Assembly: GCA_035289125.1 (NCBI GenBank)
Contig: DATDXW010000064.1
Coordinates: forward strand, 1 to 41,211
Source: an archaeon
Lineage (GTDB): Archaea; Aenigmatarchaeota; Aenigmatarchaeia; GW2011-AR5
Length of the DNA: 41,211 nt
Direction: 5' to 3'
Shown: in pieces, positions 15,272-23,579 of the stretch
How the letters are laid out: the number at the start of each line of letters is the position of its first letter
How positions within the stretch are numbered: position 1 is the first letter of the stretch
Made by a program: the position numbers and the translations under genes
Notes under the pieces: generated by a model
What the model was told of the DNA's origin: nothing
What the model saw: only the letters and a program-made list of their open reading frames with translations
The model's database searches: none

Positions 15272-18067
15272 ATGGACGCCCACGTGATAGAGAAAAAGTG
15301 GCAGGAACGCTGGGAGAACGCGAAGCTGTTCGAGGCAAACGTAGACGCGACGAAAAAAAAATTCTTCGTCACGTTCCCCTACCCATACGTGAACGGCGCG
15401 CCGCACATCGGGCATTCCTACTCTTCCATGCGAACTGACGCTTACGCGCGATTCAAGCGGATGCAGGGCTATAACGTTCTCTACCCGCAGGGATTTCACG
15501 CCACGGGCGAGCCGATACTTGGCGTGATAGAGCGGCTGAAGAAAAACGACGCAAGCCAGATAGCCACGTTAAAGAGCTTCGGCGCGACGGACGCGGACAT
15601 AGAAAAATTCAAAATGTCGCCGGAATACCTTGTGAATTTCTGGATAGACAAGTGGAAGCGCGCACTGAAGGCGGCGGGCTTCGCCATTGACTGGCGACGC
15701 AGCTTCGTCACGACGACGCTCACACCACAATACTCGCGATTCATAGAGTGGCAATACAACACGCTGAAGAAAAAAGGCTACGTGGTCCAGGGCACGCACC
15801 CCGTGATATGGTGCCCGCATGACCAGTCGCCCACGGGCGACCACGACAGACTGGAAGGCGAAGGCGAGAGTCCCGTGGAGTTCACGATACTCAAATTCGC
15901 ATTCGGCGACAAATTCATATGCGCGGCGACGCTGAGACCGGAAACGGTATTCGGGCAAACCAACATGTGGGTAAACCCGGAAGTGGAATATGAAATCATA
16001 CTTGTCAACGGTAAAGAAAAATGGATAGTCAGCATGGAATGCACCGAAAAACTGAAGGACCAGTTGAAAACGGTGAAACATATAGGCACTGTCAAAGGTG
16101 CGGAACTGGTAGGCAAGTATTGCAGGGCGCCTGTAATAGACAGAGAAATAATAATATTGCCTTCGTCGTTCACAGACCCGAAGATGGGCACAGGACTCGT
16201 CACCAGCGTGCCCTCCCACGCGCCGTTTGACTGGCAGGCACTGGAGGATTTAAAGAAAAACCCTTCCGCTCTCAAAAAATACGACATAGACCAGAACGCC
16301 GTGAATGCGCTCGTTCCGATTTCGCTGATAAAACTGGAAGGGTTCGGCGAGCATCCTGCGCAGGACATAGTCAAGAAAATGGGCATAACAAGCCAGAAAG
16401 ACCACGACAAGCTGAAGGAAGCGTTGAAGATAATATACAAGAAAGAGCATCATACCGGAATAATGAAGCCTGTATGCGGCAAGTATGCCGGCATGCCTGT
16501 GGAAACAGCGAAGGAGGAAATAAAGAACAGGCTGCTTAAAGAAGGCTCGGCCGACTTCGTGTGGGAAATTACGGGGGATGTCGTTTGCCGTTGCACTACG
16601 CCATGTCACGTGAAAATTCTGGAGAACCAGTGGTTCCTGAAATTCTCGGATGATGCGTGGAAAGAGAAGGTGAGGAAGATGCTGGCATGCATGGAAATCT
16701 ATCCGAAAGAGGCACGAAATAACTTTGAGAACACTATAGAGTGGCTCAAAGACAAAGCATGTACGCGCAAAGGGGGATTGGGCACGCCCCTGCCGTGGGA
16801 CAAAACGTGGATTGTGGAAACGCTTTCGGACAGCACGATTTACATGGCTTACTACACGATAGCCAGGATAATAAACGAAAGGCACATCCCGGCGGAAAAA
16901 CTGACGGACGAAGTCTTTGATTATATATTCCTGAACAAAGGGCAGCCGAAGTTTGACGACGAAGCCCTCGACGAGATGCGCAGGGAGTTTGAATATTTCT
17001 ATCCTCTGGACTTCAGAAACTCGGGAAAAGACCTGATTCAGAACCACCTAACGTTCTTCCTGTTCCACCATGCCGCGATATGGCCGGAGCAGAAATGGCC
17101 GTGTGCCATTTCCGTCAACGGCTTTGTGAACGTGGAAAGCGAGAAGATGTCCAAGAGCAAGGGCAATATAATACCGCTCATGAAGCTGATAGGGCAATAC
17201 GGCTCGGATATCGTGCGCTTTAACATCGTTACTGCGGCGGAGGGTATAGACGACGCCGATTGGCGGAGTGAAGGCGTGAAAGGCGTAAGGGCGCGGTTTG
17301 AATTTCTTTACGAAACGATGCGAGACGTTGCGAAAGCGGGCGGAAAGAAAACGGGCGCGGATTTGTATATTATCAATGCCGTGAGGAAGAGCGCTGCTGC
17401 GGCGACGGGGGCGTATGAGCAAATGGCTATGAGAACTGCCGGGATGCACGCGCTCTTTGACGCGACTAACGCGTTCAAGTGGTACTTGCGGAGAACGGGC
17501 GGCCTGAAGAATGCGAATGCTGACGTGCTACGGAGCGCGCTTGAAACTGCAACGAAAGCGCTGGCGCCGCTGGCGCCGCATCTCTGCGAAGAGCTGTGGG
17601 AGATGCTGGGGAAGAAAACGTTCGTTTCTGCTGAACTACTGACCAATGAAAAATATGACGATTCGCATGCGGAAGGAGAGCAACTAATACAGAAGGTCGT
17701 GGAAGACATAGAGCAGATAAAGAAGCTGGCAGGCAAGGGGAAGAAGAAGGCTATCGTATACGTAGCCGAGCCGTGGAAATTTGAGGCATACGAAAGGCTT
17801 GCCGCAGGCGAGGAACAAAAGAAAGCCCTGACCGCGATGATAAGCGCGAACAAGGCACTGGAGAAGGACATATCGTCCTTCATTCTGTCCGTAAAGGGCA
17901 ATCCCCCGGCCGCTGCCGGAAGAAATACTCAACTTGCCATTCTCAAAGACGCGTCGGCGTTCATCACAAGAGAAACAGGAATGGACGTGCGTGTGGAAGA
18001 GGCGATGGGGCAAAGCCAGAAAGCGCGCTCTTCAAAACCGGAAAAGCCGGGGATATTGCTGGAATAG
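15272..18067 (+). CDS. leuS: leucine--tRNA ligase (archaeal type)
   Basis: HIGH-type motif (NGAPHIGHSYS), KMSKS (EKMSKSKGN), 931 aa with an editing-domain insertion. Confidence 0.97.
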   Translation: MDAHVIEKKWQERWENAKLFEANVDATKKKFFVTFPYPYVNGAPHIGHSYSSMRTDAYARFKRMQGYNVLYPQGFHATGEPILGVIERLKKNDASQIATLKSFGATDADIEKFKMSPEYLVNFWIDKWKRALKAAGFAIDWRRSFVTTTLTPQYSRFIEWQYNTLKKKGYVVQGTHPVIWCPHDQSPTGDHDRLEGEGESPVEFTILKFAFGDKFICAATLRPETVFGQTNMWVNPEVEYEIILVNGKEKWIVSMECTEKLKDQLKTVKHIGTVKGAELVGKYCRAPVIDREIIILPSSFTDPKMGTGLVTSVPSHAPFDWQALEDLKKNPSALKKYDIDQNAVNALVPISLIKLEGFGEHPAQDIVKKMGITSQKDHDKLKEALKIIYKKEHHTGIMKPVCGKYAGMPVETAKEEIKNRLLKEGSADFVWEITGDVVCRCTTPCHVKILENQWFLKFSDDAWKEKVRKMLACMEIYPKEARNNFENTIEWLKDKACTRKGGLGTPLPWDKTWIVETLSDSTIYMAYYTIARIINERHIPAEKLTDEVFDYIFLNKGQPKFDDEALDEMRREFEYFYPLDFRNSGKDLIQNHLTFFLFHHAAIWPEQKWPCAISVNGFVNVESEKMSKSKGNIIPLMKLIGQYGSDIVRFNIVTAAEGIDDADWRSEGVKGVRARFEFLYETMRDVAKAGGKKTGADLYIINAVRKSAAAATGAYEQMAMRTAGMHALFDATNAFKWYLRRTGGLKNANADVLRSALETATKALAPLAPHLCEELWEMLGKKTFVSAELLTNEKYDDSHAEGEQLIQKVVEDIEQIKKLAGKGKKKAIVYVAEPWKFEAYERLAAGEEQKKALTAMISANKALEKDISSFILSVKGNPPAAAGRNTQLAILKDASAFITRETGMDVRVEEAMGQSQKARSSKPEKPGILLE

Positions 18068-18134
18068 CTCTTCTATACTGAAGGACATAAATTATTGAAC
18101 ATATTACAATGCCCTTCAGGATATGCCAAAGCCA

Positions 18135-18434
18135 TCAGAACGTTTCCAGACTCTTTATCAGTTGCTTCTTCTCTTCGTCGCGCAGGCGCATCTTGTGGAA
18201 CATCGCCTCAAAAACTTCTTCCATGTCCGTAAGACGCGCGTCCAGCGACGACTGTAATTTGAATAACTCAAGCACAGCACACCAGAACTGGGCACCCCTT
18301 GAATCGGACGCATTCCTGTACGCGTCCCTGTATTTCTCCAGATTCTTCAGTATTACATTCATTTTCTCTTCGTCCTTGGGCGCGAGATAAGACTTCCAGT
18401 CTTTCCCGTTATCGCCAACAAGAAAACTTAGCAT
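18135..18434 (-). CDS. hypothetical helical protein
   Basis: 99-codon ORF convergent with leuS, host-like composition, no family recognised. Inverted repeat CTGAAGG/CCTTCAG (about 18080-18120) lies between the two genes. Confidence 0.55.
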   Translation of the reverse strand: MLSFLVGDNGKDWKSYLAPKDEEKMNVILKNLEKYRDAYRNASDSRGAQFWCAVLELFKLQSSLDARLTDMEEVFEAMFHKMRLRDEEKKQLIKSLETF

Positions 18435-18526
18435 GTCGTATAGAACGCGGTAAAAACATTAAAAGCGATATTCCGTGGACACGGGCTTGGGATACTGTTA
18501 AATGCTTTTTCTTCAAAGAAAGGTGA

Positions 18527-19192
18527 ATGGAAAAAGGAGATTTTGTACTTGTGGATTATGTAGGACGACTGGAGAGCGGCGAGGTTTTTGACCTCACAAA
18601 GGAAGACATCGCCAAAGAGGAGAAAATCTACAGCTCGTCTATTAAGTACAGGCCCGTGACCGTTGTGGTGGGGGCGGGCTTCGTCATACCCGGCATGGAA
18701 AATGTGTTGCTTACGATGAAGGTCGGCGAAACGAAGCACGTGGAAATAGAACCGCAGGATGCTTTCGGGCAGCGCAATCCTGAGATGATAAAAACGGTCA
18801 ACAGCAAAATATTCAAGGAGCGCGATGTGGACCCGAAGCCGGGAATGATAGTGGATTTTTCCGGGCTCAAAGGCAGAATACAATCCGCATCGTCCGGGCG
18901 GGTCACAGTTGATTTCAACAACCCGTTGGCTGGGAAGAAGCTCGTATACGACATAGAAGCGAAGAAGAAGCTCGTTGAGCCGAAAGAGCAGATAATTGCG
19001 TTAATGGAATTCTTCGGCAAAGAGAAAGCCACAGTCTCAATAAGCGGCGGCGTCGCGGAAATAGAGTCGGATTTGCCGAAAGAAATGAATGTGCGGGCGG
19101 CGACAGCGATACTCCAACATGTGAAGCCGGAAGGTGCCGCCCTTGTCAAAGTGAAGTTCACGCAAACGTTTGAAGCTAAAACGAATCAGTAA
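18527..19192 (+). CDS. FKBP-type peptidyl-prolyl cis-trans isomerase (long archaeal/SlyD-like form)
   Basis: GDFVLVDYVGRLESGEVFD...VVVGAGFVIPGMENVLLTMKVGE...AFGQRNPE...GRVTVDFNNPLAGKKLVY. Confidence 0.9.
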   Translation: MEKGDFVLVDYVGRLESGEVFDLTKEDIAKEEKIYSSSIKYRPVTVVVGAGFVIPGMENVLLTMKVGETKHVEIEPQDAFGQRNPEMIKTVNSKIFKERDVDPKPGMIVDFSGLKGRIQSASSGRVTVDFNNPLAGKKLVYDIEAKKKLVEPKEQIIALMEFFGKEKATVSISGGVAEIESDLPKEMNVRAATAILQHVKPEGAALVKVKFTQTFEAKTNQ

Positions 19193-19290
19193 GAAACAAG
19201 ACTCTTTTCTAGCGACTTGCCGGAAAGAAGATACGATTATTTTTGCTCCCACGGGTCGTGTGATTTATTTGTGAAATCTGATATAAACTA

Positions 19291-19594
19291 CCCGCCACAC
19301 GATGTATGGCGCACAGCTGTGCGTCTTGGTAGCGGGCGTTATGAAAGGGAAAGGAAAGGACTCTCACGCATGGTTCGGCTTTTGACGGAGCAGGTTCGTC
19401 TTCGGTTTTACTTGTTGCGGTTTGGTTGGGGAATGGCACATTAACCCGCTCCTTGTCTCATTCACCTGCTAAAGCAGGTGACTTTCGGTGTGCGGGTTAT
19501 AAAAGAACGGACGAACCCGCTCTTGCCTCCCAGTTGTGTGTGCATGACGCACCAGCAACGCCGCTTCGGTGGTTTTCAGTGTGCGGGTTATAAT
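19291..19594 (+). repeat. tandem array of three stem-closed units, each ending in GCGGG(C)TTATRAA, plus one Q block
   Basis: Unit 0: CCCGC 19291-19295 / GCGGG 19332-19336 around palindrome CGCACAGCTGTGCG (19310-19323). Q block 19353-19396. Unit 1: AACCCGC 19443-19449 / GCGGGTT 19492-19498 around hairpin CACCTGC-TAAA-GCAGGTG. Unit 2: AACCCGC 19514-19520 / GCGGGTT 19583-19589 around CCGC-TTCG-GTGG. Confidence 0.8.
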
Positions 19595-19614
19595 GCCCCA
19601 TCCTGCGCTTTTAC

Positions 19615-19740
19615 TTACAATTCTTTCAGCACAAGCGGCTTATGGAAGTACATCGACGTCTTGCAATAGCTACACGCTACCGGGATGCGCTCTTTTCTCG
19701 TTTTCCATACATGCCCGCATTTGCTGCATTTGATTTTCAT
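19615..19740 (-). CDS. 41-aa zinc-ribbon miniprotein (below the ORF-track length cutoff)
   Basis: MKIKCSKCGHVWKTRKERIPVACSYCKTSMYFHKPLVLKEL* with two CxxC pairs. TTTTAAATA box 25-33 nt upstream of the ATG (leaderless-type spacing). Confidence 0.5.
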   Translation of the reverse strand: MKIKCSKCGHVWKTRKERIPVACSYCKTSMYFHKPLVLKEL

Positions 19741-19767
19741 TACTACTACTATTATTACTACTACTAT
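19741..19767. repeat. trinucleotide tract (TAC)3(TAT)2(TAC)3TAT
   Basis: Read directly. It lies between the miniprotein start codon and its TATA-like box. Confidence 0.9.
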
Positions 19768-19864
19768 TTAAAATTCGCCGTTGTAGCGCGCGGAAAACGC
19801 TTTCTGGGCTTTAAATAATTTCATCGATTATTTACGATAGTTTTATTGACAGAAGGGTGATTCT

Positions 19865-20944
19865 ATGGGAGTTGGAAGCGGAGAAGCAAGACGAGGAAAA
19901 TCCGGCGACGACGAATTGAGGAAGATTCTCGAGACGAGAAAGGCGACGATAAAGATAGTAGGCGCCGGCGGCGCCGGATGCAATACAATATCACGCCTCA
20001 GTCAGATAGGCGTTATCGGGGCGCAGTCCATCGCGGTAAACACGGATGCGCAAGATCTTCTTTACACGGATGCGGACATCAAGATACTTATCGGAAAAGA
20101 GCTTACAGGCGGGCTGGGCGCGGGCGCAGACCCGAAAGTCGGCGAGGAAGCTGCCAAGGAAAACAAGAATGATTTGAAGGACGCGCTGGAAAAGGCGGAC
20201 ATGGTCTTTCTGACGTGCGGAATGGGAGGCGGAACAGGAACCGGTTCGCTGCCGGTTATCGCAGAAATAGCTAAAAAGGCAGGCGCCCTTACAGTAGGCA
20301 TAGTCACGATTCCGTTCACTATGGAAGGAAGGACGAGGATGAAGAACGCGCAGCACGGGCTGGAAAACCTGGAGAAGGTGGTGGACACTCTTATTATAAT
20401 ACCGAATGACAAGTTGCTGGAAATAGTGCCGGACGTTTCGCTTGCGACGGCGTTCAAGGTCGCGGATGAGATACTCGTAAACGCGGTGAAAGGAATCACA
20501 GAACTTGTCACGATGCCGGGACTCGTAAATCTGGATTTCGCCGACGTACGGGCAGTGATGACGCGCGGCGGGCTGGCTATGATAGGAATGGGCGATTCGG
20601 ACACGGAAACGCGGGCTACCGAAGCTGTGGAAAGGGCGCTGAACAATCCCCTGCTGGATGTCAGCATAGACGGCGCGAGGGGAGCACTGATAAACGTCAC
20701 TGGTGGCAACGACATAACGATACGCGAGTGCCAGCAGATAGTCGAAGCTGTGGCAGAACGGCTGAACCCCGACGCGAAGATAATATGGGGGGCGCAGATA
20801 ATGAAAGAGCTCGGCGACTCGATACGCACGATGATAATAGTGACGGGCATAAACTCCCCGCGGATAGCAGACAACGAGAAGAGCTACGTCACCCACAAGA
20901 AAAAAGAAATCGAGAAGAGCCTCGGAATAGATTTCGTTGAATAA
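19865..20944 (+). CDS. ftsZ: cell division GTPase FtsZ
   Basis: IKIVGAGGAGCNT and the tubulin signature GMGGGTGTGSLPVIAEIAK. GGGTGAT Shine-Dalgarno-like element 5 nt upstream. Confidence 0.97.
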   Translation: MGVGSGEARRGKSGDDELRKILETRKATIKIVGAGGAGCNTISRLSQIGVIGAQSIAVNTDAQDLLYTDADIKILIGKELTGGLGAGADPKVGEEAAKENKNDLKDALEKADMVFLTCGMGGGTGTGSLPVIAEIAKKAGALTVGIVTIPFTMEGRTRMKNAQHGLENLEKVVDTLIIIPNDKLLEIVPDVSLATAFKVADEILVNAVKGITELVTMPGLVNLDFADVRAVMTRGGLAMIGMGDSDTETRATEAVERALNNPLLDVSIDGARGALINVTGGNDITIRECQQIVEAVAERLNPDAKIIWGAQIMKELGDSIRTMIIVTGINSPRIADNEKSYVTHKKKEIEKSLGIDFVE

Positions 20945-20968
20945 ACTCGAATGGGTGCGCAGAAAAGC

Positions 20969-21105
20969 ATAATATGGGATGCGATGCAGCGAAGCTGCAG
21001 GGACGTATACAGCTCGCAAATAGATGAGCGACGGGTAGCAAGTTATAATATGGCATCGACTTGATGCAAACCGGTGCGCCGCGCGCGCCATACCGCATCA
21101 AGGGG
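20969..21105 (+). repeat. two hairpin boxes of the TGGSATRCGA / GGGG family directly upstream of the secE TATA box
   Basis: Box b1 (20969-21003) matches 844-877 at 33/34. Box b2 (21045-21105): ATC-GA-CTTGATGC...GCATCAAG-GG-GAT. Confidence 0.8.
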
Positions 21106-21113
21106 ATATTTAA
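21106..21113 (+). promoter_or_regulatory. TATA box (ATATTTAA) for the secE-spt5-rpl11 unit
   Basis: It begins 30 nt upstream of the ATG at 21136, which fits a leaderless transcript. Confidence 0.45.
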
Positions 21114-21135
21114 GCGTTTCTTTCAATTATGGAAA

Positions 21136-21309
21136 ATGGATATACGCGAATCGCTGGCACGAATAAGCAGGGTGATGCAAGTCGCCAGCAAGCCCACTAA
21201 GGACGAGTTCGGTCAGAGCGCAAAGATAACGGGCGCAGGACTGCTCCTTATCGGTGCAACGGGATTTGTGATATTTCTGGCAGCTATGTTGTTGGGTGGT
21301 AATACATGA
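21136..21309 (+). CDS. secE: protein translocase subunit SecE/Sec61-gamma
   Basis: MDIRESLARISRVMQVASKPTKDEFGQSAKITGAGLLLIGATGFVIFLAAML: short tail-anchored protein at the conserved position before spt5. The ORF-track start at 21061 would run through the hairpin repeat. Confidence 0.8.
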   Translation: MDIRESLARISRVMQVASKPTKDEFGQSAKITGAGLLLIGATGFVIFLAAMLLGGNT

Positions 21310-21743
21310 TATTGACGATAAGGACTACAACCGGCAGAGAGAACGCCGTCATAGAGAGCATAAAAACAAAGACGAAGGCAGGGACGTCGCTAAAGGCCCT
21401 GTTTAGGCCGGAAGAGATAAAGGGTTACATATTCGCAGAGGGCGAGGCGGAAGTGGTGGAGGAAGCGGTAAAAAACGTGCCGCACGTGCGCGGGCTTATA
21501 GCCAAGGACGTGCCGATGACGCAGATAGAGCGCTTCCTCGTAGCGGAGAAACAGCAGATAAACGTGGGTATAGGCGATGTAGTGGAGATAATCGGCGGGC
21601 CTTTCAGGGGCGAGCGCGGAAGGGTGACACGGTTTGACGAGACCAAGCAGGAAGTGACCGTGGAATTTCTGGAAGCGGCTATACCGATACCCGTCACGGT
21701 ACCGGTGAACTCGGTCATAATATATTCAAAGAAGAAGGAGTGA
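21306..21743 (+). CDS. spt5: transcription elongation factor Spt5 (NusG homologue)
   Basis: NGN domain (ILTIRTTTGRENAV...KGYIFAEG) and KOW motif (GDVVEIIGGPFRGERGRVTRFD). Overlaps secE by ATGA. Confidence 0.93.
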   Translation: MILTIRTTTGRENAVIESIKTKTKAGTSLKALFRPEEIKGYIFAEGEAEVVEEAVKNVPHVRGLIAKDVPMTQIERFLVAEKQQINVGIGDVVEIIGGPFRGERGRVTRFDETKQEVTVEFLEAAIPIPVTVPVNSVIIYSKKKE

Positions 21744-21747
21744 TATC

Positions 21748-22224
21748 ATGGGAAAGAAAGAAACGATTGACGTGCTTGTGCAGGGAGGCAAGGCTACGCC
21801 TGCTCCTCCCCTGGGGCCGAGCCTTTCTCCGCTGAAAGTCAACGTCAGCAAAATAGTCGCAGAAATAAACGAGAAAACCAAGAGTTTTCAGGGAATGGAA
21901 GTGCCTGTGAAGATAACCGTAGACACGGAAACCAAGGAATACATGATAACTATCGGCACGCCGCCGACTTCGTCGCTCATCAGGAAAGCCGTGGGGCGCG
22001 AGAAGCTCCGTCACAAGAAAGATGAAGTCGTGTCAGATGGCGGGAACATAGCCTTTGACAAGATTCTGGAAATAGCCGATTCAAAGGAGAGTAATATGTA
22101 CGGCGGCAAAAAAGCCCGCGTGAAGCAGGTTCTGGGCACGTGCCTTTCGGGCGGCGTGACCGTGGACGGTAAAGACGCACGAGAAGTGCAACGGGAGATA
22201 GATGCTGGGAAGAGGAAAGTTTAG
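21748..22224 (+). CDS. rpl11: 50S ribosomal protein uL11
   Basis: LVQGGKATPAPPLGPSLSPLKVNVSKIVAEINEKT...ITIGTPPTSSLI. Confidence 0.95.
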   Translation: MGKKETIDVLVQGGKATPAPPLGPSLSPLKVNVSKIVAEINEKTKSFQGMEVPVKITVDTETKEYMITIGTPPTSSLIRKAVGREKLRHKKDEVVSDGGNIAFDKILEIADSKESNMYGGKKARVKQVLGTCLSGGVTVDGKDAREVQREIDAGKRKV

Positions 22225-22472
22225 ATTTGAGAATATTTTCTTAACGCTTCGGCGAGTTCCAACGCGACTCCATACCGATTGAGGCAGTAAGGGCCGTCTT
22301 CGCCCAGCATCGCGGCGATTTGTTGTATGGCATCATTTATAGGATGGTATGAACCTTCAGTGGCACGAGCAAGAACCTGCCTCAGTCCGGATGGCCCGAG
22401 TTGTTCCGCAAACGGATCGTTTTGCAGAAAATATATGCATGCACATGCAGGCATCAATCCGCTCATCAACAT
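22221..22472 (-). CDS. hypothetical protein (start uncertain)
   Basis: Only the C-terminal roughly 80 codons of ORF 22221..22598 look protein-like (…LRQVLARATEGSYHPINDAIQQIAAMLGEDGPYCLNRYGVALELAEALRKY). In-frame ATGs at 22472, 22466 and 22454. Confidence 0.35.
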   Translation of the reverse strand: MLMSGLMPACACIYFLQNDPFAEQLGPSGLRQVLARATEGSYHPINDAIQQIAAMLGEDGPYCLNRYGVALELAEALRKYSQI

Positions 22473-22516
22473 GCTATCGCAGACAGATTTTAATCCTTTT
22501 CCGAAATAGCTGTTTA

Positions 22517-22957
22517 ATGGATTACGATAATACGCTGCTTGCGCTTTACGGGACGGCGCTGGTCGTGATAATAATACTGCTTTCGGATTTATGGGCAATG
22601 GCAGGGCTCTTTATTTTCGTTCTGATGATATCGCTTCTGCAAAAGATTCACCTGGAAGACCGTATAGAGGAAGAAATCGCGGGCAGAAAGAGAAACGCGG
22701 AACTGCTGCTGAGCAGAGTAGATGCCATCGTGAAGCGCATAGAAGACGCCCGCTATGAAATAAGCAAGTCGTTCTTCGCGGTGGAAAGCAGACTTGAAGA
22801 TGTGCGGAGCGACTCGCTGAAAGAAATGGACATGAACTACCGTGAGCTGGCGAGAAAGATAGCCGAACTTGAAGCGCGGCTTGACACGGCGAAGAGAACG
22901 TACTCCGCGGCGTTGGCGTCGTTTGATGAAAGGATACAGGCGGCTGAGGACGAGTAG
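22517..22957 (+). CDS. membrane-anchored coiled-coil protein
   Basis: An internal ATG gives MDYDNTLLALYGTALVVIIILLSDLWAMAGLFIFVLMISLL, then a long heptad-like Glu/Arg/Leu-rich region. The upstream part of ORF 22349..22957 is not protein-like. Confidence 0.6.
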   Translation: MDYDNTLLALYGTALVVIIILLSDLWAMAGLFIFVLMISLLQKIHLEDRIEEEIAGRKRNAELLLSRVDAIVKRIEDARYEISKSFFAVESRLEDVRSDSLKEMDMNYRELARKIAELEARLDTAKRTYSAALASFDERIQAAEDE

Positions 22958-23030
22958 CGCCCATGAGGAGACAGTAATAAAATATGTGCCCATTAAACGA
23001 ATATTTATTCGCGTAATAGTTGTTAGTGAA

Positions 23031-23044
23031 ATTGATTTTGGGCG
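23031..23044 (+). repeat. left copy of the 14-bp perfect inverted repeat TTGATTTTGGGCGC bracketing the HIT-like gene
   Basis: Its exact reverse complement occurs at 23512-23525. Confidence 0.9.
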
Positions 23045-23087
23045 CTAAGAGGAATATTTTATATACTATTATGATTCTATTAATTGT

Positions 23088-23510
23088 ATGAAGAAAAAAG
23101 ATTGTGTCTTTTGCAATTTTAAAGACAAGGAAGTTCTATTTTATGAAGACCGTTTATGCTATGCAGTCATAAGTAAAAATCCTATAAACAAATATCATGT
23201 ATTAATTATTCCTAAAGAGCACTACCAAGAGTTTGTAGAACTTCCTGACGAACTCGCTTCGCACATCTTTCTTGTTGCCAAAAAGATTTCTAAAGCTGTT
23301 AGGAAAGCATGCAACCCTGATGCAATATCACATCTTTTTGATGATGATACTTCGAAGAGCGGTTATAATCTGGTTGCACATTACAAGTTTCATATCATTC
23401 CTCGATTCAAGAAAGATATGCCTCTGATTGACTGGAGTCCATTAAGAACAGATGAAAGTAGCGAAGCTCGTTCTAAATATGCAAAAGACATTAAGAAATA
23501 TTTGAAGTGA
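23088..23510 (+). CDS. HIT-superfamily-like protein with an atypical H-x-K-x-H motif
   Basis: CVFCNF...NKYHVLIIPKEH...NLVAHYKFHIIPR. Strongly AT-rich. Own TATA-like TTTTATATAC at about 23057-23066. Confidence 0.8.
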   Translation: MKKKDCVFCNFKDKEVLFYEDRLCYAVISKNPINKYHVLIIPKEHYQEFVELPDELASHIFLVAKKISKAVRKACNPDAISHLFDDDTSKSGYNLVAHYKFHIIPRFKKDMPLIDWSPLRTDESSEARSKYAKDIKKYLK

Positions 23511-23511
23511 C

Positions 23512-23525
23512 GCGCCCAAAATCAA
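23512..23525 (-). repeat. right (inverted) copy of TTGATTTTGGGCGC
   Basis: The plus strand reads GCGCCCAAAATCAA and begins 2 nt after the HIT-like stop codon. Confidence 0.9.
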
Positions 23526-23579
23526 CTCAAGCCACGCTGCGCTCTCGTTCCGCTTCGCTCCACTCGGGTCACTTAACAA

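Noticed and set aside
14981-15499. 172-codon minus-strand ORF spanning the gap-leuS spacer, and small plus-strand ORF 15158..15250 (MRKYTAKKTDARLSETVIQHRRVNSLAVDF)
   Set aside because: The long ORF overlaps both the gap 3' end and the leuS 5' end. The 30-aa ORF has no motif or obvious ribosome-binding site or promoter. Neither can be supported from sequence alone.
19291-19594. CRISPR array
   Set aside because: The units are only loosely similar, differ in length and spacing, contain internal hairpins of different sequence, and have no identical direct repeat. No cas gene is in the window.
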